This document shows, piece by piece, positions 18,019 to 28,900 of a stretch of 64,000 nucleotides of DNA. The DNA is taken from positions 54,712-118,711 of the forward strand of contig DATESL010000004.1 in the NCBI GenBank assembly GCA_035270825.1. Reading direction: 5' to 3'. The stretch comes from Candidatus Onthovivens sp. Lineage in GTDB: Bacteria; Bacillota_I; Bacilli_A; RFN20; CAG-826. The notes under the pieces are model-generated. The model did not search any database and was not told the DNA's origin. It was given only the letters and a program-made list of their open reading frames with translations. Each line of letters starts with the position of its first letter. Position 1 is the first letter of the stretch. A program made the position numbers and the translations under genes.

Positions 18019-18067
18019 GATTTCAACAAACTATTCATTAAAAATAACATAAATGTTAAAATAAATT

Positions 18068-18940
18068 ATGTTAATAAGATATATCAATCCACTGGGGTAT
18101 TGCGATAGTGTAAAAAATTCAATTAAGCAAGCAATGAGTATTAGAGAAAAAGGAATTTTTGATAATATTTATATTTTTGGAATGTTAGCTCATAATGAAT
18201 TGCTCGTTGAGAAATTAGCTGATTATAAGATTCAAACTATTGTTTCTGATAATTTTTTAAGTCCAGATATTCTTGATAATATTACGCATAAAGATGCAGT
18301 TATATTGCCATCTCATGGACATTTTACAGACTTAACAGATGAGTTAACAAGAAGACAAATTCGTTATTTTGATTTAACTTGCCCATATATTACAAAAATA
18401 AATCATTCTCTTTTGACTCTCGATCCAAAGAAAAAAATAATTTATATAGGAAAAATGAATCATACAGAAGCTACAGAGTCATTTAAATACATAAAAAATG
18501 ATAAGTTTTTTATTGATTATAAGAACTTTTCATTAAATAAAATACCTTTTTTTGTAGAAGATAACATTGTTATTACAAACCAAAGTTCTTTATCTGGTGA
18601 AATGTTAAAAGACATTATATCTCAAATTAAAACAAAATTTATTAATATCGAAATTCTCGATCATACATGCAAAAATATAGAATATCGAATCAAACAGACT
18701 GAATATCTCACTAAATTTTATGATAAAACTATTATATTAGGAAGCATCCATAGTTCAAATGCCAATTCAATTTTAAAAGCCGCTAATTCTGCTAATGGTC
18801 ATAGTTATTTAATTAATTCACTTGAAGAATTAATGAAAATTAAACTTAAAAATGATGATAAAATTCTTGTTGTGTCCTCAACTTCTTTTCCAAGTAATGA
18901 AGTTGATAAAATAATAGATTATTTAGATAAGCTCTGGTAA
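18068..18940 (+). CDS. ispH: 4-hydroxy-3-methylbut-2-enyl diphosphate reductase (LytB), MEP pathway; divergent from the family.
   Basis: NPLGYCDSV~NPRGFCAGV, HNELLV, PSHGHF, DLTCPYITKINH~DATCPLVTKVH, DHTCKNIEYR~DICYATTNRQ, ILGSIHSSNANSI~VVGSKNSSNSNRL. The three cluster cysteines are present. Confidence 0.75.
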   Translation: MLIRYINPLGYCDSVKNSIKQAMSIREKGIFDNIYIFGMLAHNELLVEKLADYKIQTIVSDNFLSPDILDNITHKDAVILPSHGHFTDLTDELTRRQIRYFDLTCPYITKINHSLLTLDPKKKIIYIGKMNHTEATESFKYIKNDKFFIDYKNFSLNKIPFFVEDNIVITNQSSLSGEMLKDIISQIKTKFINIEILDHTCKNIEYRIKQTEYLTKFYDKTIILGSIHSSNANSILKAANSANGHSYLINSLEELMKIKLKNDDKILVVSSTSFPSNEVDKIIDYLDKLW

Positions 18941-19702
18941 TTTTTCATGATCAATTTCAATTATTTTTATGTCTTGATCGAATGATTGAATAATCGATGA
19001 CATTTGTTTCATAAATATTCTCTCTATTTCATGAGGCATATCTAAATAATTGCAGTTAAATGAAATAACTCCTCTTCTTCCATGATGAGGAATATCACCA
19101 CTGATGTAAATATCATACCCAGCGTCTTTTGCGTCTTTATATGCACCCCAGCCGCCACCACCGATAATAGATACTGTTTTAATTGTTTTTACACCATAAT
19201 TTAATAATAAAGAGTAAGAGACACCTAATTTCTCTTTCGCATAATGTGCAAAATCATGAATTTCCATCGGGTTAGTTAATTCTCCACCTCGTCCCATATC
19301 ATTAAATTCTAACGAATGTATATTTTTTAATTCTAATTTGTTTGCTAAAGCATCATTCATACCATTTTGACCCTTGTCAAAATTAGTGTGAAAGGAATAA
19401 ATAGGAATACCGTGTTTTTCCATTAAATGTGTGAGTTTAGCCTTATTTTCATCACCTTTTAAGACTTTGGCACGTGTTCCATATATAAAAGGATGGTGAG
19501 TTATAATTAAATCAACTTCTTTAAAAAGATTCCTCTCAACCATTATTTTGTAAACTTCCTCATCAAAATCCAAACATACTAAAACACAATTAGTATCTTT
19601 TTTAAGCTTCCCAATTTGCAAACCAGGAAAATCATAATTTTCATAAGCATATTTCTTAGGAAAAAAATGAGCTAATTTTTTTAATAACGATAATGTTTTC
19701 AT
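18923..19702 (-). CDS. Nif3-family dinuclear metal-centre protein (YqfO-like, short form).
   Basis: ITHHPFIY motif and a C-terminal metal-binding region. It sits next to trmK-sigA as B. subtilis yqfO does. Confidence 0.75.
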   Translation of the reverse strand: MKTLSLLKKLAHFFPKKYAYENYDFPGLQIGKLKKDTNCVLVCLDFDEEVYKIMVERNLFKEVDLIITHHPFIYGTRAKVLKGDENKAKLTHLMEKHGIPIYSFHTNFDKGQNGMNDALANKLELKNIHSLEFNDMGRGGELTNPMEIHDFAHYAKEKLGVSYSLLLNYGVKTIKTVSIIGGGGWGAYKDAKDAGYDIYISGDIPHHGRRGVISFNCNYLDMPHEIERIFMKQMSSIIQSFDQDIKIIEIDHEKLPELI

Positions 19703-20346
19703 AATTCCCTCTGAATACTTTCAATTTCTTCTTCAATTTCTTGCTTTTTTACTGCGTCATTACCTATTTTTGGTAATAATGAGTTTAAATTCATTAATAT
19801 TTTATTATATTTATCAAGATAAACGCTATTACGATTTTTTCTAAGAATAGGCCCGTATTTAATATCAACCTCATCATAGACTTTCCTTCCTTTTTGAAAG
19901 TGAAGAATTTCATAATAAACATTATTTTCATAAACTATTTTTTCGTTGTAAATAAAATAACCTATTTCAGTAAAAAACTTTCTACACTCAGGAATGTTAT
20001 TATGAGAATCAACAATAATATCCTTAATATATACTAATTTATTACTATTTTCAGTAATTATACTTTTAATATTCAAAAAACCCATACCTGCAATAATTAA
20101 GGTATCGATAGTTTCATCTATTTTTTCTAAGCCATCACTAAGTGATGCCTCAATTGGAGTGCCTGAAATTGCACTTTTTAAGCCATCATATGGTCCTTTT
20201 TTGTTTTCAACACCTAAAAGTCTTCCCTTAAAGCCACGTGATAAAATATATAACAATACTTTGCCATGATCGCTTCCAATATCAGCTACGCCGATATTAT
20301 CTAATGGGATAAAATCTCCTATTTGTTTTAATCTATCTGAAATCAT
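19699..20346 (-). CDS. trmK: tRNA (adenine22-N1)-methyltransferase TrmK (YqfN).
   Basis: [16 protein letters not shown] matches the TrmK N-terminal SAM-binding signature. Conserved position upstream of sigA. Confidence 0.8.
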   Translation of the reverse strand: MISDRLKQIGDFIPLDNIGVADIGSDHGKVLLYILSRGFKGRLLGVENKKGPYDGLKSAISGTPIEASLSDGLEKIDETIDTLIIAGMGFLNIKSIITENSNKLVYIKDIIVDSHNNIPECRKFFTEIGYFIYNEKIVYENNVYYEILHFQKGRKVYDEVDIKYGPILRKNRNSVYLDKYNKILMNLNSLLPKIGNDAVKKQEIEEEIESIQREL

Positions 20347-21592
20347 CTAACTTTTTTGTTCTAGTGGGGTGTTGTAATTTTTTAATAGCTTTATACTCAA
20401 TTTGTCTGATTCTTTCTCTGGTAACACCAAATTCTTTACCGACTTCTTCTAATGTCTTTGGTTTTCCATCATCTAAACCATATCTTAATCTTAAAACTCT
20501 TTCTTCGCGATCAGTTAAATCAGACATAACATCATAAAGAGCTTCTCTTCTAAGAGTTTGAGTTGTAAATTCTGTTGGTGAAATACTTTCCTTATCTTCG
20601 ACAAAATCGCCTAAATGACTATCTTCTTCCTCACCAATTGGTGATTCTAAAGAAACAGGTTCTAATGCAATTTTTTGAATCTCTCTTACTCTTTCAGGAG
20701 ACATTTCACCTTCTAATTTTATACTTATTTGTTCAGCAGTTGGCTCTTGACCTAATTCTTGAACAAGTTGTCTTTGAGCTCTTGAGATACGGTTAATAGT
20801 TTCAACCATATGGACAGGAATACGAATAGTTCTAGCTTGATCAGCAATTGCACGTGCAATTCCTTGTTTAATCCACCAAGTGGCGTATGTAGAGAATTTA
20901 TTTCCAAGTTTATAGTCAAATTTATCAACAGCTTTCATTAAACCTAGATTCCCTTCCTCAATTAAATCTAAAAGTGGTAGTCCGCGTCCGATATAATGTT
21001 TTGCATTACAAACAACTAATCTTAAGTTAGCATTGATTAATTCATGTTTAGCGTATTCATCACCATTTTCAATGCGAATAGCGATTTCTTTTTCTTGTTC
21101 GGCAGTTAAAAGAGGTACACGACCAATTTCACGAAGATAAAGTTTAACACTGTCATTAACCTTAACATCACTAACTGCATAAGTATTAATGTTATTATCA
21201 TCAATAACTTCTTCTTGAGCGATAGCTACTTCTTTTTCTTCAACATCAAGTTCAGGAACTAAATCTTCAGAAATTTCACCAGTGAAGTTTTCTAATTCAT
21301 CATCAACTCCTGATAATTTAAAACCAATTTCAGAAAAATGGTCATAAATTTTTTGATAATCTTCATCGTCTAAATCAAACATTCTTGTTGCTTCAAGTAA
21401 TTCATCTTGATCAATAACTTTAAGATCTGAATATTCTTTTTCAAATCTCTTTAAGATTTCTTCTAAAGTTTCATAAACATCACCCTCGTCTTCTTGATCG
21501 ATGATAATTCCTTTTGCTTTTAATAATTTATCTAAATCCTTTAAAGCACTTTTCACTTCTTTACTATAATCGTTTTTCTTATTTGTGGCCAT
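20333..21592 (-). CDS. sigA: RNA polymerase primary sigma factor (sigma-70/SigA). The track ORF extends to 21712; the likely start is MATNKK at 21592, preceded by an aaggag RBS.
   Basis: Regions 2-4: [82 protein letters not shown]. Confidence 0.9.
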   Translation of the reverse strand: MATNKKNDYSKEVKSALKDLDKLLKAKGIIIDQEDEGDVYETLEEILKRFEKEYSDLKVIDQDELLEATRMFDLDDEDYQKIYDHFSEIGFKLSGVDDELENFTGEISEDLVPELDVEEKEVAIAQEEVIDDNNINTYAVSDVKVNDSVKLYLREIGRVPLLTAEQEKEIAIRIENGDEYAKHELINANLRLVVCNAKHYIGRGLPLLDLIEEGNLGLMKAVDKFDYKLGNKFSTYATWWIKQGIARAIADQARTIRIPVHMVETINRISRAQRQLVQELGQEPTAEQISIKLEGEMSPERVREIQKIALEPVSLESPIGEEEDSHLGDFVEDKESISPTEFTTQTLRREALYDVMSDLTDREERVLRLRYGLDDGKPKTLEEVGKEFGVTRERIRQIEYKAIKKLQHPTRTKKLDDFR

Positions 21593-23471
21593 TTTTTGGT
21601 CTCCTTTTCTTATCATTTTCAATGATTTGATCTTTATATTTAGTTGCATATGATTTAACAAGCAATGCCTTCTCTTCTTCGGTTTTACCAACTGAAGCAA
21701 GGAGATAAGCATCCTTTAATCTTTTATATTCTTTATTTTCTTTTAATTTTTCTATTAAATCATTGAATTCTAACTCTGTATATTTAGGATCAGAATCATT
21801 TCTCTCTGAATCAATTGATATGATCATTGAGATGATTTCTTTTGCAAAATCTGAGTCATCTTGATAATAATTATTCACATAACTAATAATATCTTTTAAA
21901 CCATCAGAGCTTTTACTCATATTACTAACAGCAAATTCACCAATAATATTAGCGATAGCGCGATAATCTTTAACTGGTAAGTAATCAACTTTTTCAGAAA
22001 ACAAATTGTATGCTTCAGGATTTTCAAGCATTAGCTCGATAATCCTTTTTTGAATTCTTGTTAAACGATCTATGACAACTGGAACATTATTCCTTTTATT
22101 GCGAAATAAAGTTGGATCATAATCATTAACTTCACTAGTGTTTTCAATCTTAGTTGCTTCTTTTTGTTTTTTTAAGTAATTTAGGATTGTTTGTTTGCTA
22201 TATCCTGTTACATTAATTACCTTATCAATGTATGAACTACGATAGAATTCATCATTTGTTTCTAATAAAATTTTACTATAAGCAAGGAAGAAATCTCTTT
22301 TACCTGAAGATGTTTTTAAATCTAGTCCATGGGTATAAAAGTTGAAATACCAATCTCCTTTTGAAACTAATGTATTTAAGTATTCTTCAAGAACATTCGC
22401 TCCATGTTTATTTAAAATATCATCAGGATCCTTTTCATTAAAAGTAACTGTGTTATCAACAATCTTATATTGAATATTACCTTTTTCAAAAAGTTCAATA
22501 ATTTTCGCCATGTTTTCTTGTCCAGGTCTATCTAAATCTAAACAGATGCGAACTTCAACATTTAAATATCTTAATAACTGTAAATGGTTTTGTGTAAAAG
22601 CTGTTCCCATAATGGCAATAGCTGAAGTAATTCCAACTCGATTAAGAGCGATTACATCCATAAAACCTTCAACTAAATATACATATTTAAATTTACGAGC
22701 TTCTTTAATTGCATTTGAATAATTGTAAATAATCTTTGATTTAACAAAAACCTTTGTTTCTTTTGTATTGATATATTTAGCTTCTAAACCATCATTTTTA
22801 AGAGTTCTTCCACTAAAACCAACAATTTTACCTTCTTCATTGGTAATTGGAAAGATAACACGATCATAATTAAAATCCTTAATATGTTCCGAATTTAATG
22901 AAGCAATTCCAGCTTCTTCAATCGTCTTTAAGCTAAAACCTTTTGAAGTAAGAAAATTTATTGCATTCTCTCCTCGTTTTTGAGCATAACCAATTTTAAA
23001 ATAATCAATAATCTCATCACTTAAACCACGTTTATGTAAATATTCCAAAGCTTCAGCACCATCCTCAGATTGTTTTAAACTTAAAACATAAAAATCAGAT
23101 AAAGCTTGTAAACAATCATAAATTTGTTTGATATCTTCTGAAACAGTTTTAGTTACAATGCTATTTCGAAGTTCGGGTTCATCGATTCCAGCAACTTCAC
23201 ATAATTTTACAGCTGCTTCCTTCCATGAAATATTTTCAATTTCTTTAATAAAATTAAGAGCATTTCCAGCCATTCCGCAACTAAAACATTTAAAAATTTG
23301 TTTTTCTTGATTGATATAAAAACTTCCAAGTGATTTATCATTATGAAAAGGACAAAGAGCTGTATAGTTATTACCTTTTTTTGTCAGTTTTAAATAATGA
23401 GATGCAACCTCAACAATATCAGCTTTTTGAACAATAGTTTTAAATAAATCTTGTTGGTTGTTTTCGGCCAT
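21579..23471 (-). CDS. dnaG: DNA primase.
   Basis: Zinc-binding [12 protein letters not shown]...CFSCG. TOPRIM core [12 protein letters not shown]. Conserved dnaG-sigA operon. Confidence 0.9.
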   Translation of the reverse strand: MAENNQQDLFKTIVQKADIVEVASHYLKLTKKGNNYTALCPFHNDKSLGSFYINQEKQIFKCFSCGMAGNALNFIKEIENISWKEAAVKLCEVAGIDEPELRNSIVTKTVSEDIKQIYDCLQALSDFYVLSLKQSEDGAEALEYLHKRGLSDEIIDYFKIGYAQKRGENAINFLTSKGFSLKTIEEAGIASLNSEHIKDFNYDRVIFPITNEEGKIVGFSGRTLKNDGLEAKYINTKETKVFVKSKIIYNYSNAIKEARKFKYVYLVEGFMDVIALNRVGITSAIAIMGTAFTQNHLQLLRYLNVEVRICLDLDRPGQENMAKIIELFEKGNIQYKIVDNTVTFNEKDPDDILNKHGANVLEEYLNTLVSKGDWYFNFYTHGLDLKTSSGKRDFFLAYSKILLETNDEFYRSSYIDKVINVTGYSKQTILNYLKKQKEATKIENTSEVNDYDPTLFRNKRNNVPVVIDRLTRIQKRIIELMLENPEAYNLFSEKVDYLPVKDYRAIANIIGEFAVSNMSKSSDGLKDIISYVNNYYQDDSDFAKEIISMIISIDSERNDSDPKYTELEFNDLIEKLKENKEYKRLKDAYLLASVGKTEEEKALLVKSYATKYKDQIIENDKKRRPKNGHK

Positions 23472-24841
23472 TATTGATGTTCTTTCCCAAATAAGTAATC
23501 TTTTAAGTCTTTAATTTTAACTCTTTCTTGTTTCATCGTGTCACGATCTCTAATTGTGACAGAATGGTCATTTTCAGTCTCAAAATCAACAGTAATACAA
23601 TAAGGTGTTCCGATTTCATCATTTCGACGATATCTTTTACCAATTGAACCAGTTTCATCAAAATTAACACTGAAATATTTACTAAGTTCATTTTGAATTT
23701 CCTTAGCTTTATCATTCAATTGTTTTGAAAGTGGTAAAACACTAGCAATATATGGAGCTAAAAATGGTTTTAAATGCATAACTTTGCGTACATCTCCATT
23801 TTCTAAAGTTTCTTCTTCAAAAGCATCAGCACAGATCATTAAAAATAATCTTTCAAGACCAACTGAAGGCTCCACGCAAAATGGAACATATTTTTCATTA
23901 GTTTCAGGGTCTAAATAGTCTAACTTTTCTCCAGAAAATTTTTCATGTTGCTTTAAATCATAATCAGTACGATCAGCAATTCCCCAAATTTCACCCCAGC
24001 CAAATGGAAATTTATATTCTATATCGGTTGTAGCCTTAGAATAAAAAGCGAGTTCTTTAGGATCATGATCTCTAAATCTTAGATTTTCCTTCTTAATACC
24101 TAAATAATCGATAAAATCTAAACAGTATTGTTTCCAATAACTAAACCATTCAAGGTCTGTTCCAGGTTTGCAGAAAAATTCCATTTCCATTTGTTCGAAT
24201 TCACGAACTCTAAAAATAAAGTTCCCTGGAGTAATTTCATTTCTAAAAGACTTTCCAATATTACAAATTCCTAAAGGAATCTTTTTTCTTGTACTTCTTT
24301 GAACATTTTTAAAGTTAACAAAAACACCTTGAGCTGTTTCTGGTCTTAAATAGACTTCATTCTTTGATTCTTCAGTAACGCCAATATGAGTTTTAAACAT
24401 TAAATTGAATTGACGGATATCCGTGAAATTGGCCGAACCACATACAGGACAAACAATTTCATTATTTCTAATGAATTCCATAAGTTCGTCATTATTCATC
24501 GCTTCAACATCAGCATCAGGTCTTTGATTTGAAACAAGATCATCAGCTCTATGTCTAGACTTACATTTTTTACAATCAATTAATGGGTCATTAAAGGTCT
24601 TAATATGCCCAGTAGCTTCCCAAACACGTGGATTCATTAAAATAGCGGCATCTATACCAACGTTAGTAGGTTGTTCTTTAACGAACTTTTGCCACCATAT
24701 TTTTTTAATGTTATTTTTTAATTCACTGCCTAGAGGACCAAAATCCCAAGAGTTAGACAAACCACCATAAATTTGAGACCCCTGATATACAAACCCAGAA
24801 GTTTGCAAATGAGTGGTCAATTTCTCGAATTCATTATTCAT
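23471..24841 (-). CDS. glyQS: Glycine--tRNA ligase, single-chain alpha2 type.
   Basis: 456 aa. Class II aaRS motifs [25 protein letters not shown] and GLERL. Zinc-binding CPVCG. Confidence 0.9.
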   Translation of the reverse strand: MNNEFEKLTTHLQTSGFVYQGSQIYGGLSNSWDFGPLGSELKNNIKKIWWQKFVKEQPTNVGIDAAILMNPRVWEATGHIKTFNDPLIDCKKCKSRHRADDLVSNQRPDADVEAMNNDELMEFIRNNEIVCPVCGSANFTDIRQFNLMFKTHIGVTEESKNEVYLRPETAQGVFVNFKNVQRSTRKKIPLGICNIGKSFRNEITPGNFIFRVREFEQMEMEFFCKPGTDLEWFSYWKQYCLDFIDYLGIKKENLRFRDHDPKELAFYSKATTDIEYKFPFGWGEIWGIADRTDYDLKQHEKFSGEKLDYLDPETNEKYVPFCVEPSVGLERLFLMICADAFEEETLENGDVRKVMHLKPFLAPYIASVLPLSKQLNDKAKEIQNELSKYFSVNFDETGSIGKRYRRNDEIGTPYCITVDFETENDHSVTIRDRDTMKQERVKIKDLKDYLFGKEHQ

Positions 24842-24894
24842 ATTTTTCCCTCGTACTCGGACAATTTTACTAAAAAGTGGTGTCCTTTGTCAAC

Positions 24895-25626
24895 CTATAG
24901 TTGTAGGCTTTTCTCTAGTAATAACCAGACGCTTTGAAGCCTTGTTATATAAATATTTGTATACACATTATAGAAGAATTCAAAAGCCTTTTTTGCTTCT
25001 GCTTCAGTGATATCCAACTTCTCAGGATGGAGAAATTCTTTATTCTTAAAAAAGTTATAAATCTTCAATTCCGTTTCATCAAATTTTTTCTGATTTGGCA
25101 TGAAACAATGTTCACAAACAAATGATTCTATGACCTTAGAGTAACCAACGATTGGTCGTTTTTCACCGCAACTATAACATGTTTCAAAAAAATCTTTATA
25201 ACCTGTGGATTCAAAGACTAAAACTAAATAGCATAAAGCTATTATTATGTGTGAAAAACCTTCTTCCAAAAGATCAAGATATCGCTCTATTGCTTGAAAT
25301 AGAATGTCAAAATCCTCCAAAATAACTGCTCTAAGACTGATTTCAGTCATAAAATTTAAGCAATATAGTGCCTTATAGTCAGTAAAAATATTTATATATG
25401 TTTTCAAAGTTTCGCCGGTTTTAATTTTATATCCACCATGTCCGCCACGGTAAAGTTCTAGGTTTGCAATTGTAAATTTATTTGCTAAATAATTATTTTT
25501 GTTATTTTTCCTAAGAGCTCCTACAATCTTGCAAGACAAAACCCCTTTTTCAGTCAAAACTTTACACATTAAATCATAATCACGATATTTATATGATGCT
25601 AATACGAGCCCTTTGACAAAAAACAT
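24895..25626 (-). CDS. recO: DNA repair protein RecO.
   Basis: ~243 aa. C-terminal zinc motif CYSCG...CEHC. Conserved recO-era order. Confidence 0.75.
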   Translation of the reverse strand: MFFVKGLVLASYKYRDYDLMCKVLTEKGVLSCKIVGALRKNNKNNYLANKFTIANLELYRGGHGGYKIKTGETLKTYINIFTDYKALYCLNFMTEISLRAVILEDFDILFQAIERYLDLLEEGFSHIIIALCYLVLVFESTGYKDFFETCYSCGEKRPIVGYSKVIESFVCEHCFMPNQKKFDETELKIYNFFKNKEFLHPEKLDITEAEAKKAFEFFYNVYTNIYITRLQSVWLLLEKSLQL

Positions 25627-25630
25627 TTTT

Positions 25631-26500
25631 TTATTTATATCCTATTTTTGCTAAAAAACTACTAGAATTCTTCCAATTATCTACTACTTGTACGTTTAAT
25701 TCTAAGTTTATATGTCTTCCTATTAATTTTTCAATATCCAATCTAGCGCGAGTACCGATCTTTTTAATCATCTTACCTTTTTGTCCAATAACGATTCCTT
25801 TGTGCGATTCTCTTTCAACAATGATCTTAACAAAGATGTTTTTCTCTTGCCCAAAATCAATATCATCACAAAGAATTGCAATTCCATGCGGCACTTCTTC
25901 ACTGAGCAAATGCAAAGCTTTTTCTCTAACGATTTCTTGAACTCTAAACTTCAAATCTTTGTTAGTGATCATGTTCACATCATAAAATTGAGGTCCTTCA
26001 TCAAGGTTTTCTTTAATAATTTTAATTAAACCATCAACATTAAAGCCTTCTAAAGCACTAATTTCGATAAATATTGCCTCAGGGAACTTTTCTTTATATG
26101 TATTTTTTAGTTTATTAATCAAAATAATATTAGTTAAATCAATTTTATTAAAACAAACAATTAATTTACAATCAAATTTTAAATGATCAAATAAATATTG
26201 GTCGCCTTCAGAAAAAGGCTTTGATCCATCAACTAAAAACACTGCAATTTCGCAGTCTCTAATTGTATTATAGGCCATTTTATCCATACTATTACCAAGT
26301 TCGGAGCTTGGTTTATGAATTCCTGGAGTATCAATAAAAATAATTTGTGATTCCTCATCATTATAAATTCCTTGAATAGAATCACGAGTTGTTTGACTTT
26401 TTGGAGAAATAATCGAAATCTTTTCACCTAAAATGGCATTTATTAATGTCGACTTCCCGACATTGGTACGACCAACAATACTAACAAATCCGCTCTTCAT
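25631..26500 (-). CDS. era: GTPase Era.
   Basis: GFVSIVGRTNVGKSTL (G1), DTPG, NKIDL. C-terminal KH domain VIGQKGKMIKKIG. Confidence 0.9.
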   Translation of the reverse strand: MKSGFVSIVGRTNVGKSTLINAILGEKISIISPKSQTTRDSIQGIYNDEESQIIFIDTPGIHKPSSELGNSMDKMAYNTIRDCEIAVFLVDGSKPFSEGDQYLFDHLKFDCKLIVCFNKIDLTNIILINKLKNTYKEKFPEAIFIEISALEGFNVDGLIKIIKENLDEGPQFYDVNMITNKDLKFRVQEIVREKALHLLSEEVPHGIAILCDDIDFGQEKNIFVKIIVERESHKGIVIGQKGKMIKKIGTRARLDIEKLIGRHINLELNVQVVDNWKNSSSFLAKIGYK

Positions 26501-26503
26501 ATT

Positions 26504-26902
26504 TTATAAATCCGATTCAGAAAATGCATAAGGTAGCAATTCTACACTATTGGTAATTTTAATATCACCGTGAAGATTAGAAAGGATAATTGGTGTATCT
26601 TTACTTAATAATTCCTCAATCACTTGACGGCAAGCCCCACATGGTGAAACTGGCTTATCTGTATCGGCAATAATTACTAAAGCTTTAATTTCTTTTGGCT
26701 TAATTCCATTAGAAACAGCGTTAAATAGAGCATTTCTTTCGGCACACATGCATAAACCATAAGAAGCATTTTCAATATTAGCTCCTAAAAACACACGATC
26801 ATCGTTTGCAATAACTGCAGCTCCAACTTTAAATTTTGAGTAAGGTGCATATGCATTTTCTCTGGCTTTCTTGGCCAATTCAACTAACTCTTTTTCGTTC
26901 AT
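26504..26902 (-). CDS. cdd: Cytidine deaminase.
   Basis: 132 aa. CMCAERNA (C/H-AE zinc motif) and PCGACRQ. Confidence 0.85.
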   Translation of the reverse strand: MNEKELVELAKKARENAYAPYSKFKVGAAVIANDDRVFLGANIENASYGLCMCAERNALFNAVSNGIKPKEIKALVIIADTDKPVSPCGACRQVIEELLSKDTPIILSNLHGDIKITNSVELLPYAFSESDL

Positions 26903-27357
26903 TTCTTTTCTCCTTTTAGAATCTCTTCTTGTAGAGGAAACATAATTTCCTCATCTTCTTTCTTTATATGATCATATCCAAATAAATGTAGTAAACCATG
27001 CACAAATAAGAATGAAAGTTCTCTTTTTAAAGAGTTTCCATAAACTTTTCGATTGGCATTTGCTACATCATAACAAATATAGATTTCTCCTAAATTGATT
27101 GGCATTGCTTCATTGATAATAATTTCGTTCTTATCATCTAAAAAAGCAAAAGAAATAACATCTGTTGGTTTATCAATTCCTCGATAAGCTGAATTAATTT
27201 CTTTAATCATTTCTTTATTAACAAAAGTTACTGATAAACAATAATTATCGCCTTTATTGAGTGTTTTTAAACCAATTTCAAATAAGTGTTTATATATTTT
27301 TTTATATTTATATAAAAGGTGGCGTGTTTGATTACTGACGATTATTTCCATGCTCAT
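26899..27357 (-). CDS. ybeY: Endoribonuclease YbeY (16S rRNA 3' maturation).
   Basis: HGLLHLFGYDH zinc-binding motif, ~150 aa. Confidence 0.9.
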   Translation of the reverse strand: MSMEIIVSNQTRHLLYKYKKIYKHLFEIGLKTLNKGDNYCLSVTFVNKEMIKEINSAYRGIDKPTDVISFAFLDDKNEIIINEAMPINLGEIYICYDVANANRKVYGNSLKRELSFLFVHGLLHLFGYDHIKKEDEEIMFPLQEEILKGEKK

Positions 27358-27382
27358 ATTTTACCATAAATTCAATTAACAA

Positions 27383-28585
27383 TTAATATTTATTAAAATA
27401 AAATAGATAGAGTGCTTTGTATTTATTATATTCCTCAAGATTTTCAGATACATTAAGTAATTTTTCAATGTTTTCAAATAAATAAACCATAATGAAAAAA
27501 TGAAATAGCATAAAATTTATTGAGATATTACCCGAAAGTGCCGTTAAAAATAGGGAAATAGCAAAAATTAAAAAAGTCATTAAATATTTTTTACTATTAG
27601 AGAGACTAACATACTTATATGTTTCTTCATTGAGTCTTTTTAATTTATCGTTGAATTCTTCTTTGCTTGCATAAACCGATGCATTAAGTTCCTTTTCTAA
27701 CTCTTCTAAACCATTTCGACGATATTTAAAATAATACTTAAAAATAAAATGAAATCCAATTTGAAAAAGAAATATAATTCCAAAACCAATTAAATTCAAA
27801 TAAGAATTAATACCAAGTAACACCAACGCGAATAAACTAATCATTGCTGTCCCAACAAATTGTACAGGATTTGCAAAAATCATAGATTTAAACTTATTCA
27901 TTTTAATGTATCGTTCTTTAAAATTACGACGATTTGAAGAGAATTCTGGAATAAGCGTTTGTTTATCAAAGTTTTTCATCCCTGAAACTAATATTCGTTC
28001 AAAAATAAATTCTAGTATAATATATGTTAATAAAAAACCTAATGGTACTAAAAAACTAATCTCCTCATTTATAAAATAAAGAGCTACGACTAACGATAAA
28101 AAACTCATAATTTGGCTAAAAATAGTAAAAAACTGAGTTTTGAATGGAATCAATTTCGTCTTTTTAACTTTAAAATCGCTTCCTGTATGTGCTGTCGCCT
28201 CTAAAATCTCCCCGTTCCAGATATCAAGGAGCTTCTCTTTTTTAATCCAGTAGGCGCCATTTTTTGGATCGAAAACATATACTTTTCTTCTACGAACTTT
28301 TCTAACTAACAACATGTGGAGTAAATCTCCACTTTTGACTGGAATCAAAAATGGCGCCTTTACCATTTTTTTAAAGATATCTTCTTTCTTTTGAGCTCGA
28401 TAAGCACTGATGCTTACTCCTTCTTTGGCAGCAATTCCCATTAAATCCTTTAAAGAATAAGATGTATCAATATCACCTATTGGATAAAACAAAAAATCTT
28501 TACGCTTATAAACAATAGCCATTAACATTTTTAAACAGGCATAACCGCAATCTTTACTACCAATCTGATTAATAAAATATTTCAT
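27383..28585 (-). CDS. C39 (bacteriocin-processing) cysteine peptidase domain fused to a 6-TM PCAT-like membrane domain, with no ABC ATPase domain. The track ORF runs to 28606; the RBS aggagg favours the start MKYFINQ at 28585.
   Basis: N-terminal QIGSKDCGYACLKMLMAIVYKR...LLHMLLVRKV...VFDPKNG...WNGEIL aligns motif-for-motif with the ComA/LagD C39 domain (Q..DCGxAxL, HYVVV, DP), including the catalytic Cys, His and Asp. ~6 hydrophobic helices follow. The protein ends at 400 aa without Walker motifs. Confidence 0.75.
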   Translation of the reverse strand: MKYFINQIGSKDCGYACLKMLMAIVYKRKDFLFYPIGDIDTSYSLKDLMGIAAKEGVSISAYRAQKKEDIFKKMVKAPFLIPVKSGDLLHMLLVRKVRRRKVYVFDPKNGAYWIKKEKLLDIWNGEILEATAHTGSDFKVKKTKLIPFKTQFFTIFSQIMSFLSLVVALYFINEEISFLVPLGFLLTYIILEFIFERILVSGMKNFDKQTLIPEFSSNRRNFKERYIKMNKFKSMIFANPVQFVGTAMISLFALVLLGINSYLNLIGFGIIFLFQIGFHFIFKYYFKYRRNGLEELEKELNASVYASKEEFNDKLKRLNEETYKYVSLSNSKKYLMTFLIFAISLFLTALSGNISINFMLFHFFIMVYLFENIEKLLNVSENLEEYNKYKALYLFYFNKY

Positions 28586-28635
28586 TATTAGCCCTCCTAT
28601 ATACAAGAATGCTAGTTATTGAAAAAATTGGTATA

Positions 28636-28663
28636 AAAAAACCACAAATTTTGCATTGTGGTT
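28636..28663 (-). terminator. Rho-independent terminator downstream of rpsU (minus-strand reading: aaccacaa-tgcaaaat-ttgtggtt followed by a T-run).
   Basis: 8-bp perfect stem followed by T6 on the minus strand, immediately after the rpsU stop. Confidence 0.55.
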
Positions 28664-28676
28664 TATTTCTAAGGTT

Positions 28677-28850
28677 TTATCTAAATTTCTTTCTAGCGTT
28701 TTCGCTTTTAAGTTTTCTCTTTAAATTAGTTTTTAAATAAAATTCTCTTCTACGACATTCTTGGATGGTTCCAGCCTTGTTTACTTGTCTTTTAAAACGA
28801 CGTAAAGCCTCATCGAGGGTCTCACCTTCTCTTAATACTACTTTGGACAT
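28677..28850 (-). CDS. rpsU: 30S ribosomal protein S21 (the start is at MSKVV; the track ORF has 3 extra codons).
   Basis: [38 protein letters not shown]... is near-identical in pattern to Bacillus S21. RBS aggagg 8 nt upstream. Confidence 0.9.
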   Translation of the reverse strand: MSKVVLREGETLDEALRRFKRQVNKAGTIQECRRREFYLKTNLKRKLKSENARKKFR

Positions 28851-28900
28851 TGCTCTCACCTCCTTTTTTTATCTTTAACATTGTAAATGAATTCTGCTAA

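Noticed and set aside
21579-21712. 134-nt overlap between dnaG and the sigA ORF as a possible frameshift or programmed overlap.
   Set aside because: The track simply extends the sigA ORF to the farthest in-frame ATG. An internal ATG (MATNKK, 21592) with a strong aaggag RBS gives a normal ~10-nt dnaG-sigA spacing.
24842-24894. A glycine T-box upstream of glyQS, as in Bacillus.
   Set aside because: Only 53 nt separate glyQS from recO, which is too short for a T-box leader, and no AATTAGGGTGGNACCGCG-like element is present.
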